A stretch of DNA of 64,000 bases from Squalus acanthias (GCA_030390025.1 CM059432.1:84136001-84200000), one strand, 5' to 3'; counted from the stretch's first letter, positions 13,546-27,967 are shown. Notes: a model not told the origin generated them from the sequence alone. Numbers and translations are program-made.

Positions 13546-16500
13546 CACCCACATCATAAGTGGATATTTGTTACAAAACCGTATCTGACCGTGGAAATGG
13601 GTCAGCAGCGTGTGAAAGATCTTAAAACAAACAATTATAGTTATGATACTTTCTTTGCAGCTGATTATTACTTTGCTTTTATTGGAAACAACATTAACAT
13701 CCATATAGGGAGCTGTTGAATAATTTGGATTAAAAAAAAAATCTCTTTCACTTGCACACAATAATACCATTGCTATGGAGTTAATTTTCTATGGCAGATA
13801 GTAGATATTACATCCTAAAAAAATTACACCACAACAGTGGCTATCAACTACCTGCTGTATTTTCCAGCTTTCTGAATTTTCTAGAACAATAGTGTTGAAA
13901 AATTTGAACAATACTGAAGCTACACTTAACAAAACAAAGAGTGAAATTTAAATGGATATAAATTCCAGTGAATGGAAACAGACTTATATAGAGAGAGGTA
14001 GGGGGTAATTTTAACATGGAGGAATGCATGGGTTTAGGTGCGGGTGAGGGGTTAAAGTCAGCAAAAATGCCAGCGCGTCTGGAAGCTGGCTCCAAACCGC
14101 CGCCTTCCATGTTTAACTCGGATGCATTAGGCTGGTTGTGCGCAATCCTCTTGGGAGAGGCGGGTTACCCATTAACATATGCTAATCATTGAATTGGAGC
14201 GATATATCAACACACTTTTAAATTTAATGCATCCACAGGTTTCCTAGGCTTCCTGAAACTCACCATTAAACCAAGGCGAGAACACAACTGTAGTTGACGG
14301 GGCTGATTAAAAGTCATGCAAATACTCCAACAAATACTTGGTACTCACAGCTGTTTTCTTACCTACTCGTGGATAAGGGTTTGTTCACAGTACTTTTGCT
14401 GAGAGTTTACTTTCTACACTGTGGAGGTTTTCTGAATCAGGCTGGGTGCCAACTTGGCTGCCTTAGATTGGACCTCGGATGATGAGAAATATGACCATCA
14501 GCAGCAGCAACAGCCTGCTGTTGACAGACCTGCAGTTGGACAGCAGAGGGCGCAGCTTGTAGGAGGCACTACCCATGAAACAGGGTGGACCGGCAGAGGC
14601 TGAGCTTCCTTGACCTGTCGGAACAGCAGTGCTTCCAGAGGCTCAGGTTGTCGCATCAGGTGGTGGCAGACATCTGCATCCTCCAAGAGGAAGACCTGCT
14701 CCCTGATGGACCTGGTGGCCATGCGTTACCAGTGGCTGTCAAAGTGACCACTGCCCTCAACATTTTTACCTCTGGATTCTTTCAGGGCTCTGCTGGAGAT
14801 AGATCCAGGATCTCTCAGTCAGCGACGCACAAATGCATAATGTAGGTCACTGATGGCATTTTTGCCAGGGCCGGCAATTATGTGAACTTCGCCCGTGATG
14901 ACGCCAGTCAGAATGAGCGGACGCCCAGGTTTGCGTCTCTGGCTGGCTTCCCACAGGTGCAGGGTGTCATCGACTGCACCCCCAGATCAACCAGGAGTAG
15001 TTGTGAGCAGCAAGGGTTTGCACTCCATCAATGTGCAGCTGGTGTGCAACCACAAAAAGATATTTCTGCAGGTCTGCGCAAGATCCCTGGGTGGTTACCA
15101 TGATTCTTTCATCCTGCGGCAGTCCAAGCTCCCTGACGTCTTTGGACCTGGAAGCAGACTTAAGGGGTAGCTGCTCGGGGACAAGGGATAACCTCTTCAA
15201 ACTTGGCTGATGACACCCGTGAGAAATCCAACCAATGAAGCCCAAGAGCGCTACAGTGAAAGGCAGATGACCAGCAGTTGTGTCATTGAGCAAGCCATCT
15301 GCATGCTCAAGATGCGCTTTAGGTGTCTGGACAGATCTGGAGGCAACCTTCAGTACGCACCGACCAGGGTGCCAGAATGGTCATGGTGTGCATTGCACAG
15401 CAGAATGGTTTGGAACTGCATGCAGAACAAGGCGCAGAGCACATATCGTCTGCAGATGAATCCTAGGAGGAGAAGGAAGAGGAGGAAAGCTGACGGTACC
15501 AATACAGCACCAGCTTCTCACATTGCTGCTAGGGATGCCCTTATTAATGCAAGGTTCAGTTAGTTACCACCACTGCACTGACGTCAGAACTACATGCAAC
15601 ACCCACTCTTCACCCCTCACCCATCTCACCCCCCATGCCCCTGAAACAAAGCAGTCCTACAAACAACCAACCACCCATTGCACATCCCCCATTGGTCCTG
15701 GTCAATTTATATCTTCCCATTCATCATCACGCAAATGAAAAGGCGAGTTGCCACCTGGCAACTAAGAATGGGCAACACGGGAAAGTGGACCAAGTTGAGA
15801 AATTTTATGTGATTCTACTAAAGAATGGAAACTTCACAACATAACATTTTCTCATACACCCATGTGCATAACCTAGGTGAACGACAAAACGTTATGCTTC
15901 ATTTTTCTACTGCTTTTACGTGGTGCAACCCCTGTGGCTTCAGCAGAGGTAGAGGCAGGCTTCTCAGATCCCTGATCTGATTGCTGAAATGTTCTTGGCC
16001 GATGGCCTCTGGGTTTTGGAGCCCGTGAAGGCCCTGCTTCACCTACACCTGTGCATGGGCAGATTTGGCCTTCGAGACAGGAGACAGCTCTGACGGGGGG
16101 TGGTGGGTGGGGGGCGGTGGGGTCCACCGACTACTGCTGCATGCATGAAGGCCCTGGCGGAGAGAAAAGATATAAATTAGTACTGTCAAGGTAAGAATGT
16201 TGCAACTTATCATTATGAACATGATAATATTTCACTCACTGCTGAAATCAAGTCAACATGACTGAGTGTTGTATGATATGTGTATACATTATATTTCATT
16301 CTGTCACCAGGTTGCTGGGAGGTCCCCATCTTCCCATCTCCGATGGCCAGCGACACCGAGACGCCACTGACCTCCAGCGCTTTCTCCTCTGCAGTTGTCA
16401 GAGCAGTGTGAGGGGTGAAGAGTGGGTGTTGCATGTAGTTCTGATGTCAGTGCTACATGCATTTTCCCACATTATACTCCATCTGCCAGATTCCTGCCCA

Positions 16501-18204
16501 CTCACTTAGCCTATCTATATCCCTTTGGAGGTTCTTTGCGTCCTCCACGCAATTTGCTTTCCCACCTATCTTCGTATCATCAGCAAATTTGGTTACATTA
16601 CACTCGGTCCCTTCATCCAAGTCATTAATATAGATTGTAAATAGTTGAGGCCCCAGCACTGATCCCTGCGGCACCCCACTAGTTACAGCCCACTAGTTAC
16701 AGTTTGCCAACCTGAAAATGACCCATTTATCCCAAATCTTTGTTTTCTGTTAGTTAGCCAATCCTCTATCCATGCTAATATATTACCCCCAACCCCGTGA
16801 GCTCTTATCTTGTGTAGTAACCTTTTATGTGGCACCTTATCGAATGCCTTCTGGAAATCCCAATACACGACATCTACTGGTTCCCCTTTATCAACCCTGC
16901 TCGTTACATCCTCAAAGAACTCCAGCAAATTTGTCAAACATGATTTCCCTTTCATAAAACCACGCTGACTCTGCTTGACGATATCATGCTTTTCTAAATG
17001 TCCTGCTACCACTTCCTTAATGAAGGACTCCAGCATTTTCCCAATGACAGATGTTAGGCTAACTGATCGATAGTTGCCTGGTTTCTGTCTCCTTCCTTTC
17101 TTAAATAGGGGTGTTACATTTGCGGTTTTCCAGTCTGCTGGGAATTTTGGTAGATTACAACCAATGCATCCACTATCTCTGCAGCCACCTCTTTTAAGAC
17201 TCTAGGATGCAGGCCATCGGGTCCAGGGGACTTGTCCACCTTTAGTCCCATTAGTTTGTCCAGTACTTTCTCTCTAGTGATAGTGATTGTTTTAACTCCC
17301 ACCCCCCCACCCCAATTGCCCCTTGATTATCCATTATTGGGATGCTTTTAGTGTCTTCTACCGTGAAGACCGATACAAAATATTTGTTCAAAGTCTCTGC
17401 CATTTCCTTGTTTCCCATTATTAATTCCCCAGACTCTTCCTCTAGGGGGACCAATGTTTACTTTAGCTACTCTCTTCCTTTTTATATACCTGTAGAAGCT
17501 CTTACTGTCTGTTTTTATATTTCTTGCTAGCTTACTCTCAGAAGCTACCTTCTCTCTCTTCATTTTTTTAGTCGTCCTTTGCTGGTTTTAAAAAATTTCC
17601 CAATCCTCTGGCCTTCCACTATTCTTTGCAACATTGTATGCTTTTGTTTTCAATTTGATACCATCCTTTACTTCCTTAGTTAGCCTCGGATGGTTCATCC
17701 TTCTCTTGGAGTCTTTGGGGGGAAAATTCGGTTGCTTAGCACCTCCTGTTAGCGCCCTAAGAGGGTACTAATAGGGTGCAACGCAACTAGCGACCGGGCG
17801 CGGTGATGTTTGCGCCGCTCGCAAAATTGACCAGTGTTTTTGTGGCAGCGCTAAACTCTACCGCCCCAATCTCCTGCGCCCGCAGATCGTGACGTCAGTC
17901 GAGCGTGCAACGCCCCGATGGCGCCCCGGACCAGATATTGAGTGGCGCCCCCTTCCTTTCCGCCTGCTGCAATCAATGACAGGGAGAGTGGAATGGTTTC
18001 CAGTCGGTAAGGGGCTGGGAGAGTGCTATTTAAAGGCATCCTCTTCCTGCCTTTTTTTGTGGGAGACATTTTTGCACCACTCATTCTTACTGAGAGAGAG
18101 AGACTTCTGCAGAGAGTCAACGCTATGTGAAGTAGTTTTGGCTACTGAGCAGCACTTGTCAGGTTCTTTTGGATTTGACCTTCCTTACTTTGATTGTCAA
18201 GAGA

Positions 18205-19368
18205 GTTAGGGGGCTGCACTGATTCGGGGCGTCGTCCTGCGTCTGCAGAATCGGAGGCATCAGAGATGCAGAGAGAGACTGGCAATCATGGCCAGAGGGA
18301 GGAGGACCAACAGGCCTCTGCACAGAAGACCTCACCCTCCCAGGGTATTCCGGGAACAATTCTACATTCATTTGTCTGAGGAGCAGTATTTGCGCAGGCT
18401 GCGCTTCAGCAAGGAGGTGGTCACTGAGCTCTGCCACCTGCTGCAGCCAGATCTGCAGCCTCAACTGAGGACCAGGACGTCTCTGTCGGTGGCAGTGAAG
18501 GTCACAGTGGCTCTGAAATTTTTATGCCACCGGCTCCTTTCAACTAGCTACTGGGGACATCGCCAATATCTCCCAGTTCGCGGTCCATTGCTGTATCCAG
18601 GAGGTCACAAATGCCCTCTATAAAAGGAGACGCCAGTACATTTCTTTCCTGATGACCTGGGCCAAACAGCATGAACGCGCATTGGGGTTTGCGAGGATAG
18701 CGGGCTTCCCCATGGTGCAGGGCACCATTGACTGCACGCATGTGGCATTGTGGGCACTGCATGAGAATGCAGAGGTTTTCCGAAACCGCAAGGGGTTCCA
18801 CTCCTTAAATGTCCAGTTGGTCTGTGACCACAGACAGCTGATACTCGCTGTCAATGCCTACTATCCTGGTAGCAGCCACGATGCTTTCATCCTGCGCCAG
18901 ACTGGTGTGCCAGAGCTTTTCCAGGCAGCGCATCAGCCAATTGGTTGGCTCCTCGGGGACAAGGGTTATCCACTCTGCACCTGGCTGATGACACCACTCC
19001 GTAACCCCAACACTCCTGCTGAGCTGCGGTACAATGAGAGCCATCTTACCACCAGGAACATCACTGAGCAGATGATTGGCGTGCTCAAGCAACGGTTCCA
19101 CTGTCTGGACCACTCAGGAGGAGCCCTGCAGTACTCGCCTGAGCGAGTCTCCCTCGTCATAATTGTTTGCTGCATTCTTCATAACCTTGCAATCCTCAGG
19201 ACCCAGCCAATGCCACCAGGCCTTGGTGCACCAACGGAGGAGGAGGAGGAGGAAGAGGAGGAGGAAGAGGAGGAGGATGATCAGCAGCAGCACCAAGGTG
19301 GGAGGGAGGCCCACAATGTTGAGACTGCAAGGGCCGTCCATCAAAGACTGATAACAAGCCGCTTCTAG
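18205..19368 (+). pseudogene. Transposase of copy A (start codon lost, frameshift at ~18520)
   Basis: ORFs 18288-18623 and 18652-19368 together match the 386-aa proteins of B and C. Confidence 0.92.
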
Positions 19369-19680
19369 GCCCCTACTCAGGAAATGGCTTCTGGCATGGA
19401 GAACAACATGATGGACAACAACCTGCAACCCCTATAGCCGGCCAAGGCAGCAATGATTCCAAAGGCCAAACATGTGCATTTTGAAAACAACAACTTTTTT
19501 ATTTTACAAACTCTGTGTGTGTCATTTATTCATTACAAACTAATAGAAACAAACACAAAAAATCAATAATTAACATAACTGGTTCTCATAACCTGGAGAT
19601 AATGGCCAAAACACTAAACAAAAGTTATCAGACGAACCTCGGCCTTTAATAAAAACATTCCCAACATTTTGTCAGACCTC

Positions 19681-21500
19681 CTACTTTTTGCCCTTCGAGG
19701 GTGATCTCTTTCCTTTGCCCACTTGCCCCCTTCCCAACCTACTACTCCTCCGTAATGGTGCCCCAGTGGCTGCAGCAAGGCTGGTGGAAGGCTGCTGAAT
19801 GTCATATCCTGAGACTGCAGATGCCCTTGAAGGACGCCCTCGACCAGCTCTGGGCCTGGAGGGCCCTGCTGCAGACTGCACCAATTCTGCATGGGCGGTA
19901 GCAGTCTGGGCTACAGGCGGTGGCAAGTGCAATGGGGAAGTGACAGTGGTGGGAGCAGGAATGCTGTCATCTTGAGAGAGGACATCACCTCCCTGCTCGA
20001 CCGACACACTGCCACTCCCACGGAGCAGCACCTCAGCCTCCGGAGCAATCTGCTCAAGCACAGATTGCTGGCCTGCTGTGGCGCTGTGAGAGCCCCGGGG
20101 CAATGTGTCCGATCCAGCGACGATGGCAGCAGTCAGTGCTTGCATGGCCTCAATCTGAGACTGCATGAGAGCAGTCTGAGATTGGATCACGGCAGCCAGT
20201 GACTGAATTGCAGCACTAAGCATTTGCGTGGCGTCCGCCTGTGCTGCAGCGTAGTGCTCCACACTCCTTGCCAGTGCATCAATGCTTTCGGGCACCCTTC
20301 CCATTGCACCCATGAGCTGAGTGTGCATGTTCACCACCTGGGTGTTCATTTCCGCGATGAGCTGCTCCTCCTCTGCGTCCAGTGCAGCAGGACTCGCTGG
20401 CCTACTCTCCCTCCAGGGAGATGGCCCCCGAGCTTCCCTACCCTCATGGCATTGCTGCAGCGCGCTGGGTCCCGGAGCTTCACCCTTATCAGACCCTTCC
20501 CCCCTGCTCCCCTCCAGGGAAGACGTGGTCCCAGTGTGGGTATGGGCTCCCTCGGGTCTCGCTGGCGCTGAGGCTCCAGCTTTCTCTTCCTCCTCGCCTG
20601 TGGCTTCGCTCCCACTGGCAGCTTGAGGGCCCATCTCCTCAGCTGGTAAATCACCATCTGAAAGCAGGGAGGTACAAGAGTGGCTTTGGCGTGAGGACAG
20701 GGGGGCAGTAAGGGAGGAAGGAGTGGAGCGATTTAGTAAGTTGGATTGAAAGTGTAAAAGGCTGGTATTGTGAATGACAAGTGGAATGAGAGAGGAGAGA
20801 AAGCTGATGACCTTACCATTGCTGTCCCGAACGGGGTCGGCCTCTCCAGGGGCGACGGGACCAATCACCTGACTTGCCACAATCCTGTGGACGCGCGCCT
20901 CAAGATCGCTGAGGGGTTGCAGCTGAGGCCGCCCTCCACCCGTCCGTTGCTGCTGTCTCCTGTTATGAGATAGCTTGGCCTGCAAGAAAAAGGACGGCGT
21001 CTGAGTAAATGTGCAGCCATGGTCTTGCCTGATGTGCCTCCCATATTTGAATAGTCCTTAATGTATGCAGCCATGGTCTTGCCTGATGTGCCTCCCATAG
21101 TTGAATAGCCCTTAATCTATGCAAGGTGTGGAATGTGCGTATGTGTTTTATGAGCTGGCCATAGGTCTTGGATGAGTGTTGGGCATTGGGGTTTTAAGAC
21201 CCTCTGGCCATAGAGTGAGGTTGAGATGGAGGGATGGAGAGGTAGTGAAAAGCAGCCACTCATCCTGACGACCCGAGTGAGGTCGTTGAACTTTTTGCGA
21301 CCTTGCGTATGGGTCCTGGGCACCATGCTCCTGGAGGAGACGTGATGAGCCGCCTCCCTCCACACTCTTCTGTAGTCGCGTGGCAATGGCCTCCTGCCAC
21401 TCTCAGGGTACAGTATAGCTCTTCTGTGCGCCACCGCGCCAACCAGAGCCTCCAAGGCCCGATCGCTGAAGCGCTGAGCTCGTTCCCTGACTCTCTCCAT
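19681..21500 (-). pseudogene. Myb-like partner gene of copy A, exons 21500-21264, 20979-20817, 20657-19681; intron-1 donor mutated GT>AT
   Basis: Exons are open and homologous to B. The donor reads AGG|ATGAGT, versus AGG|GTGAGT in B and C. Confidence 0.85.
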
Positions 21501-22949
21501 AGTCCTTGGCTGGAAAATTTAGGCACAGGTCTGTCCATGACGTATTTCAAGCCTGCAATGAGCAGGGTGTGGCTGGAGAGCAAGATCAACCCTCCCCTTT
21601 AAGAACTGGCTGGCGCCAGTGTGTCTGTGTTCCATTGCTAACTGACATCACCTGAGCTTCGCCCGCGCTCTGAGTTAGTGCCTCGCTCCTCGGCCTTTGC
21701 ACCTTAAGACAGGTGTGTAGTGCCTGCTTTAGCGCTCCAATCACCTCCAGGGGCGATAAAAGCCAAGTTTGCAGTTGGAGGCGATAATTAGCGCCAGGCG
21801 CTAAACTTTGCGCCCGGCCAATAATTGCGCCCCAAACGGGCGATACCGAATTTCTCCCCCTTCTTTCTCTCTGGAATGTACCTTTGCTGAGAGTTATGAA
21901 ATACAACTGCAGAGCAGACCCATGAGTGATTGTAATGGCATGTGTTCACCCAATGGATGGAGAGCATTTGGTGAGGGTGACCAGAGAAGGAGGGGTGCGC
22001 TTGCAAGATATGTGGGTGTGAGGAGTGATGTGATGGAGTAGTCTTGACAAGGCAGAGTGAAGAGGTGGCGGGGGCAGATGATGCACACAGCAGGATGTAG
22101 GTGAATGTGCCACTGTACTCACCTTTCCTGACTTGGTTAAGTCATTAAAGAGCTTTCTGCACTGAATCCAGGAGCATTGCACAATACTCCTGCTGCTGAC
22201 CACCTGGGCCACCTGGAAGAGTATCTCTCTGTGGCTCCTCACTGCTCGTAGCACTACATCAAGGGAGGCGTCATTAAAACGGGGTGCAGCCTTTGACCAT
22301 CCTGAATCCATTGTCAAAGTTTGCCCTCTCTTGCTGCTAACTCCCATCTCCTCCAAATTCCATGTTTGGATTGGCCCTTTAAATACTGGAGTTGAGATCA
22401 CATCATGCGGGGCCACACCACGCCCACTGCTGCGCAATCAATGCCAAACCCGGAAGTAAAATGATACTGAGGTGTCTGCATTAAAATGCCACAGACAGAC
22501 ACGCTGGACTTACTTCTGGGTTTCCCACGTGATAGCGAAACCCCCCCCCCCCCCCGGCCCCTCCCGCCCACACCGCTTCCCATTCCCAACATGCCTCAGA
22601 GTTGTTATTGGGGCTACAATGTCAGTCAATACTAAAAAAGTACTCAAAAGACACAGCGGATTTAGCAAAAGCAAAAAAGGAATAATAGACAAAAGTGGTC
22701 ATTTGGAATAGGCCTAAATTTTTCTAGTACACACTCGTAGTGAGGAGTATTGCCCCGACAGGTAGATTACCCGCAGATTTCTAATATGTGCTGGCAGTGA
22801 ATGTATACCTTGTTTCTGAATGTTTCTATGTAGTCTTCAATTTCTTTACCAGCTACCATTTTCCTTACAAGAAATGTACAAAGTGGTTGATTATGATAGA
22901 GTGCTGCTCCAGCACACCAAAGTTGACACTGTTTTTTAACTCTAAAGGC

Positions 22950-24420
22950 TGCAAGCTACGGCACAGCGGAGAAGATTTCTGAAGAGCAAGACTTGCAGTC
23001 CCCTCTACCTCTGGCAACACTCACCCACCCCATTATTAACCTTCTCCTTTGTACTCTGAGACACCCACTCAAGTGGGTACAATAGTGTAGATGAGGAATT
23101 GACACATGGTGAGACAAAATGCAAAAGGAAGTCAGAGGGTGCAGATGTGGAAGTGGAGATTGATGTTGTTGAGGCATAAGGCTGGCCAACCCTTGGCTGT
23201 AGAGCAAACTGAGGATATCTCAGGGGTGTTGCTATGCAGAAAAGTAAGCTAACAGAGTATTAGATACATATGGAGGTATTTCATGACTTCTTCCAAGATG
23301 TGCAGCAAATGGCTGCGATAGTGGTGAAATCCACTGCCCAGTGGTGCGGCAGCACACGAGAGGGGTTTAACTCATTACAGGGTAGTCTGGAGAAAGTTAC
23401 AGCTATAGGTGCATCTGAAAACCTTTCCCTGCTTCATGGGAGATCCAGGAAAGTTAGTCAACTCAATATGGAGGCATTCAATGAAGGTCTTGGGGGAACC
23501 ATCTGTCAATCAGATTGCAAGCATACAGGGCTGCATCTCAAAGGCACTAGAGGATATTTGGTTGAGTCTCTCCCAGGTATGTAAGAATTGTTCTAATTCT
23601 GTGAGGTCGGTTCTCCCAATGATCATTGATGACTAGAATCCTATACCCACTGCCAGTGGAGAAGCTCATATTTGTGTCTCAGATGCTGCATCCTCTCACA
23701 GCAGCAATTGCATAAAGAAGTACTATGTCGGCTCCCCACAGAAGCCTCACTTTTGCAGGACCAGCTGCTAACCTGTCCTTGTTCATTATAGGAAGTAGGG
23801 ACCCTGAGAGAAGGGCCATCTCCATCCCAAGAGGCTCATAATATTTTGCAGCAGTCCAGACCCTCAGGTGCTATGTAGAAGAAATGTTAGAATAGTGCAC
23901 AGAAAAACATACCTGGTCACATGGTGACAGAGGCAAATTATGTTTTTGTAAATAGTTGTAATAAATCACTGGGGTTTGGTTCTCTCGAACAGATAATGTG
24001 CTGATGTTGAGGTAGAGGCTTCGAATGTGAGGAGATTTTATATAGACCATTGAGAGGTTGGTGAAAGGAGGAAGATCTTTGATGGACTGAGATTACCAAA
24101 TAATAATGTTCTATTCATCTAACTGCAAGAATTATTCTAGCAACAAAGACGAATGCAAGGTTAGTTCTTCGGAGTTTAAGGTTATCTTTTTCAGCCCTGC
24201 CTCATGAGACAGCCACAAACAGCAGCAAGGCTCAGATATGAGGCTCATACAGCCACTAAATTGAACATACAATAGACATCTTGAAGCAGCATTTCAGATA
24301 CCTGGACAGACCTGCAGTATCCTACAATACAGTCCCATCAAGGTCTCTAATATCATTGTGTGCTGCACGATGCACAACTTTGTCATCAAAAGAGGTAGAA
24401 CTATGGAGCAGGTGAAGGAA
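22950..24420 (+). pseudogene. Very decayed Harbinger remnants (partner C-terminal region and transposase 3' fragment)
   Basis: 24255-24400 translates IEHTIDILKQHFRYLDR...NIIVCCTMHNF. 23250-23900 only loosely resembles partner exon 3. Confidence 0.55.
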
Positions 24421-24454
24421 GGCAGACTCCCACATACTGTCCTTGCACAAGGTT

Positions 24455-25095
24455 GGGGGGAAAATTGGCTCGCGCCGCCTTTGGGGCGATAACTTCGCCG
24501 GGGCGCTAAAAAGGTTAGCGCCACCACGTCCAAAATTCAATGGTAGCGCCCCAAGCAGGAGGCGGGGTGCTACTGGAAGCGCTCTCCCTCCCTCTTGGGG
24601 CGCTCCTATTGAATATCACGGTGCTACGTGCAGCAGCACCACGCGCGCCGGCACTGCAGGCCTCCCTCCCCTGATTAAAGGGGAGGGGCCTAGCGCAGCA
24701 TGCACCGGGGCCCTGCTGGACCGGGGTGCTGGCAAAAGAGCCCGGCACTCAAGAGGAGTGCCGGGCTGACAGATCGCGGCCGGCACCCTGCAGGAGGAGG
24801 CCAGAGGGGGCAGGTGCTGGCAGGCGGCCCCCAAAAAATGGCCACTCGGCACTTGCCCTTTAATTATTGTCGCCCCGGCCGCAAAACCGCCACCCTGACC
24901 CTGTTGAACATAGCGTCCGGTGGTAGGTCAGGGGGTGCGAGCCAAGTTTGCGGCCGGAACATGAGTGGGGCGCTGCGCACGCCGATGACGTCATCGCCGG
25001 AGGCGCAGCACCGTGGGGCGCTACCGGCTACTGCCGCCGCTAACCTCCCGCTGAATTTCGCGGGAGGCGTTAGTGGTGCTGCGTCTGGGCGCTAG
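24455..25095. mobile_element. Non-coding GC-rich Harbinger-type element end / MITE
   Basis: Starts GGGGGGAAAATTGG, carries many GGCGCT/AGCGCC motifs and is homologous to 6014-6530. Right end approximate. Confidence 0.7.
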
Positions 25096-25459
25096 TTGCT
25101 TAGTCCTCCTCTTTTCTCACCAAAAAGCACAGAAAAAGGAAATTCCCATAGTGGCAATTTTGGAGCAGCTGGCTGCACCACATCAACTGGTACAAAGGCT
25201 CTTGAATACTTCAGTGACAAAAACAAAAAAAAACTCGAGAATAATGTTTGAGAAATGCTTCAAAAGTTTGATAAACAAACTTTATACTGAGCTCTTTAAA
25301 TGGACTTCCATATACAGCTCAGTCCCCAGCAACTCTGGATGCCCATTTTATAAAGACAGATAGATTACTCAGCATGCATGAATATTGTGAAATTGTGTGG
25401 ATTTCCAAATTATATTACCAGGGCTTCATTAATATATTGACATGAAGCTCCCAACTATT

Positions 25460-26652
25460 TCACCCTGGACAAAAGAGCTGAATTCCAGAGGTGAGGTGAG
25501 AGTGACTGCCCTTGACATCAAGACAGCATTTGACCAAGTGTGGCATCAAGGAGCCCGAGTAAAATTGAAATCAATGGGAATCAGGGGGAAAACTCCACTG
25601 TCTGGAGTCATAACTAGCTCAAAGGAAGATGGTTGTGGTTGTTGGAGGCCAATCATCTCAGTCCAATACATCGCTGCAGGAGTGCCTCAGGGCAGTATCC
25701 TAGCCCAAATATCTTCAGCTGCTTCATCAATGACCTTCCCTCAATCATAAGGTCAGAAGTGGGCATGTTCGCTGATGATTGCACAGTGTTCAGTTCCATT
25801 CGCAACTCCTCAGATAATGGAGTAGTCCGTGCCCGCATGCACAACACCTGAACAACATTCAGGCTTGGGCTGATAAGTGGCAATTCGCGCCACACAAGTG
25901 CCAGGCAATGATCATCTCCAACAAGAGAGAGTCTAACCACCGCCCCTTGACATTCAACAGCATTACCATCGTCAAATCCCCCACTATCAACATCCTGGGG
26001 GTCACCATTGACCAGAAACTTAACTGGATCAGCCACATAAATACTATTGTTACAAGAGCAGGTCAGTGGCTGAGTTTTCTGTGCCGAGTCACTCACCTGC
26101 TGACACCCCAAAGCCTTTGCACCATCTACAAGGCACAAGTCAGGAGTGTGATGGAATACTCTCCACTTGCCTGGATGAGTGCAGCTCCAACAACACTCAA
26201 GAAGCTCAACACCATCCAGGACAAAGCAGCCCGCTTGTTTTGGCACCCCATCCACCACCTTAAACATTCACTCCCTCCACCACCGGCAAACCGTGGCTGC
26301 AGAGTGTACCATCTACAAGATGCACTGCTGCAACTTGCCAAGGCTTCTTCGGCAGCACCTCCCAAACCCGCAACCTCTGGAAGGACAAGGATCAACAGGC
26401 GCATGGGAACACCACCACCTCCAAGTTCCCCTCCAAGTTACATACCATCGTGACTTGAAAATATATTGCCGTTCTTTCATCGTCGCTGGGTAAAAATTCT
26501 GGAACTCCCTACCTAACAGTACTGTGAGAGTAGGGATTGCAGCGATTCAAGAAAGCAGTTCACCACCACTTTCTCAAGGGCAATTAGGAATGGGCAATAA
26601 ATGCTGGCCTTGCCAGCAACACCCACATCCCATGAATGAATAAAAACAAAAA
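25460..26652 (+). mobile_element. 5'-truncated LINE of a second CR1/L2-group family (RT C-terminal half and 3' end)
   Basis: ALDIKTAFDQVWH, GVPQGSIL and FADD motifs across frameshifts. Ends ATGAATGAATAAAAACAAAAAA. Confidence 0.88.
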
Positions 26653-27470
26653 AGCATCACACCCACATTTCACCGCTTGCACACATTGCCAGCTATTCAA
26701 CATTGACAGCTACATCACCCAAACAGATTGCACCACACTCACTGACACACTTCCCTCTCTCTTGCAGGACAAGGTGGCGTACAACTGGATGCAGCAGGAG
26801 CTAACCAGAGGGGGCAGATGCACCTGCATGTCCTTACCCCCATGGAAGAGACGGGGCTCGCCATCATTGTTGCGGCCATTGCTGAGGCCGTGGCCGGCGG
26901 CAGGGCTGAAATCATAGAAGATGACAGTATCCTCATTTCTAATCCTCCTTCTGACATCCCATTTCCCCCTCATCCCACAATCTCGTCTAAGTTACAAGTT
27001 GCAGATTGTGTAAGCATGCACCTCTTGCTTGCCCCCCTTCCCCTCAACACAACCTTGCCCTTGTGCCTTTCTCCTTTTAGATACCCAATAACTGCCACCT
27101 GGCAAGGCAATGGTGGAAGAGCAAAAGGTGGAAGAGCAACAAAATACTGATGATGAAGAAACACCGTCACTCGATTTCACACTCGCAGCTACCAGCTCAG
27201 ATTCTGACACTGCGTGTAATTTAGAGGAAGCGTAGAGGCAGGATCTGCACGTGGTGAGACACTTGGCACGAGTCGTCTTCAGCAAGGGTAGGGCGCAAGG
27301 GATGGGGAAGTGCCAGCTCGCCTGAGGGCGAGGTTGCATACACGTTCTGCTGCAGAGGATTCAGTGAGCACTTCGAAGGGGCGGGCTACAGAAGAAGGCT
27401 GAAGGGTATCCATAATGAAATGCTTGGTGCATTGGCAGCTTGCCAGAAAGCCTGCGTGCAATGTCAAGGA

Positions 27471-27750
27471 ATGTCCAAAAATGTGCGGGTTAGGTTGATT
27501 TAGTTATGATAAATTGACCCTTAGTGTTAGGGGGGGATTAAATATGTGGGGTTATGGGGATAGGATGGGATATGTTAGGGGGAATTAAATATGTGGGGTT
27601 ACGGGGGTAGGGTGGGATATGTGTACTGTGGGGATTAAAGCAGGGACAGGGTACTGGATTTGAATGATCAGCCATGATCGTATTGAATGGTGGAGCAGGC
27701 TCGATGGGCCGAATGGCCTACTCCTGCTCCTAGATTCTATGTTTCTATGT
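27471..27750 (+). mobile_element. 5'-truncated V-SINE / HE1-like SINE with CR1-derived tail
   Basis: V-core-like CCAAAAATGTGCGGGTTAGGTTGATT...TAAATTGACCCTTAGTGT. The 3' tail matches the local CR1 3' UTR (30806-30913). TSD AAGGA at 27466-27470 and 27751-27755. Confidence 0.75.
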
Positions 27751-27967
27751 AAGGAGCATGGAGGAGTCTGGCACCAACTTTGCACAGGGCTTTGTGCAGA
27801 GCTTGGATCCCATCCTTTCCAGCACGGAAGTGGTGGCCAACTCCATGAGCACACTTGTGGACCCAACCATGATGCAGCGTCTGATGGCCGATGTCGCCGC
27901 TTCCATTGCAGCACAAGCAGAAGCCACCCAATGTCTGGGTGCTGCACTGGAAGCTCAGATTTCTGTC

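Larger units (their letters stand above)
17717..21860 (+). mobile_element. Full-length Harbinger copy A (4144 bp), decayed
   Basis: TIRs GGGGGGAAAATTCGG / CCGAATTTCTCCCCC. Flanks TTT / TTC (imperfect TSD). Colinear with copies B and C. Confidence 0.95.
16455..21905 (-). mobile_element. CR1 LINE ORF2 fragment (16455-17716 plus 21861-21905), interrupted by Harbinger copy A
   Basis: PQGSVLGP and FADD RT motifs. The frame VFHNSQQRYIPERKK|DSKRRMNHP rejoins across the insertion. 14-bp tandem duplication CCCACTAGTTACAG at ~16675-16702. Confidence 0.92.
14001..22610 (+). mobile_element. Old Harbinger element split by a CR1 and by copy A
   Basis: TIR-like GGGGGTAATTTT at 14001. Decayed transposase ~14440-15563 (VIDCT, LGDKG, VIEQAI). 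Partner gene pieces on minus at 15873-16410 and exon 1 at ~22120-22292 (APRFNDASLDV...QCRKLFNDLTK). Right end approximate. Confidence 0.75.

Noticed and set aside
19681..20985. 434-aa single-exon gene
   Set aside because: It is exon 2 plus a 159-bp intron plus exon 3; the same intron contains a stop in B and C.
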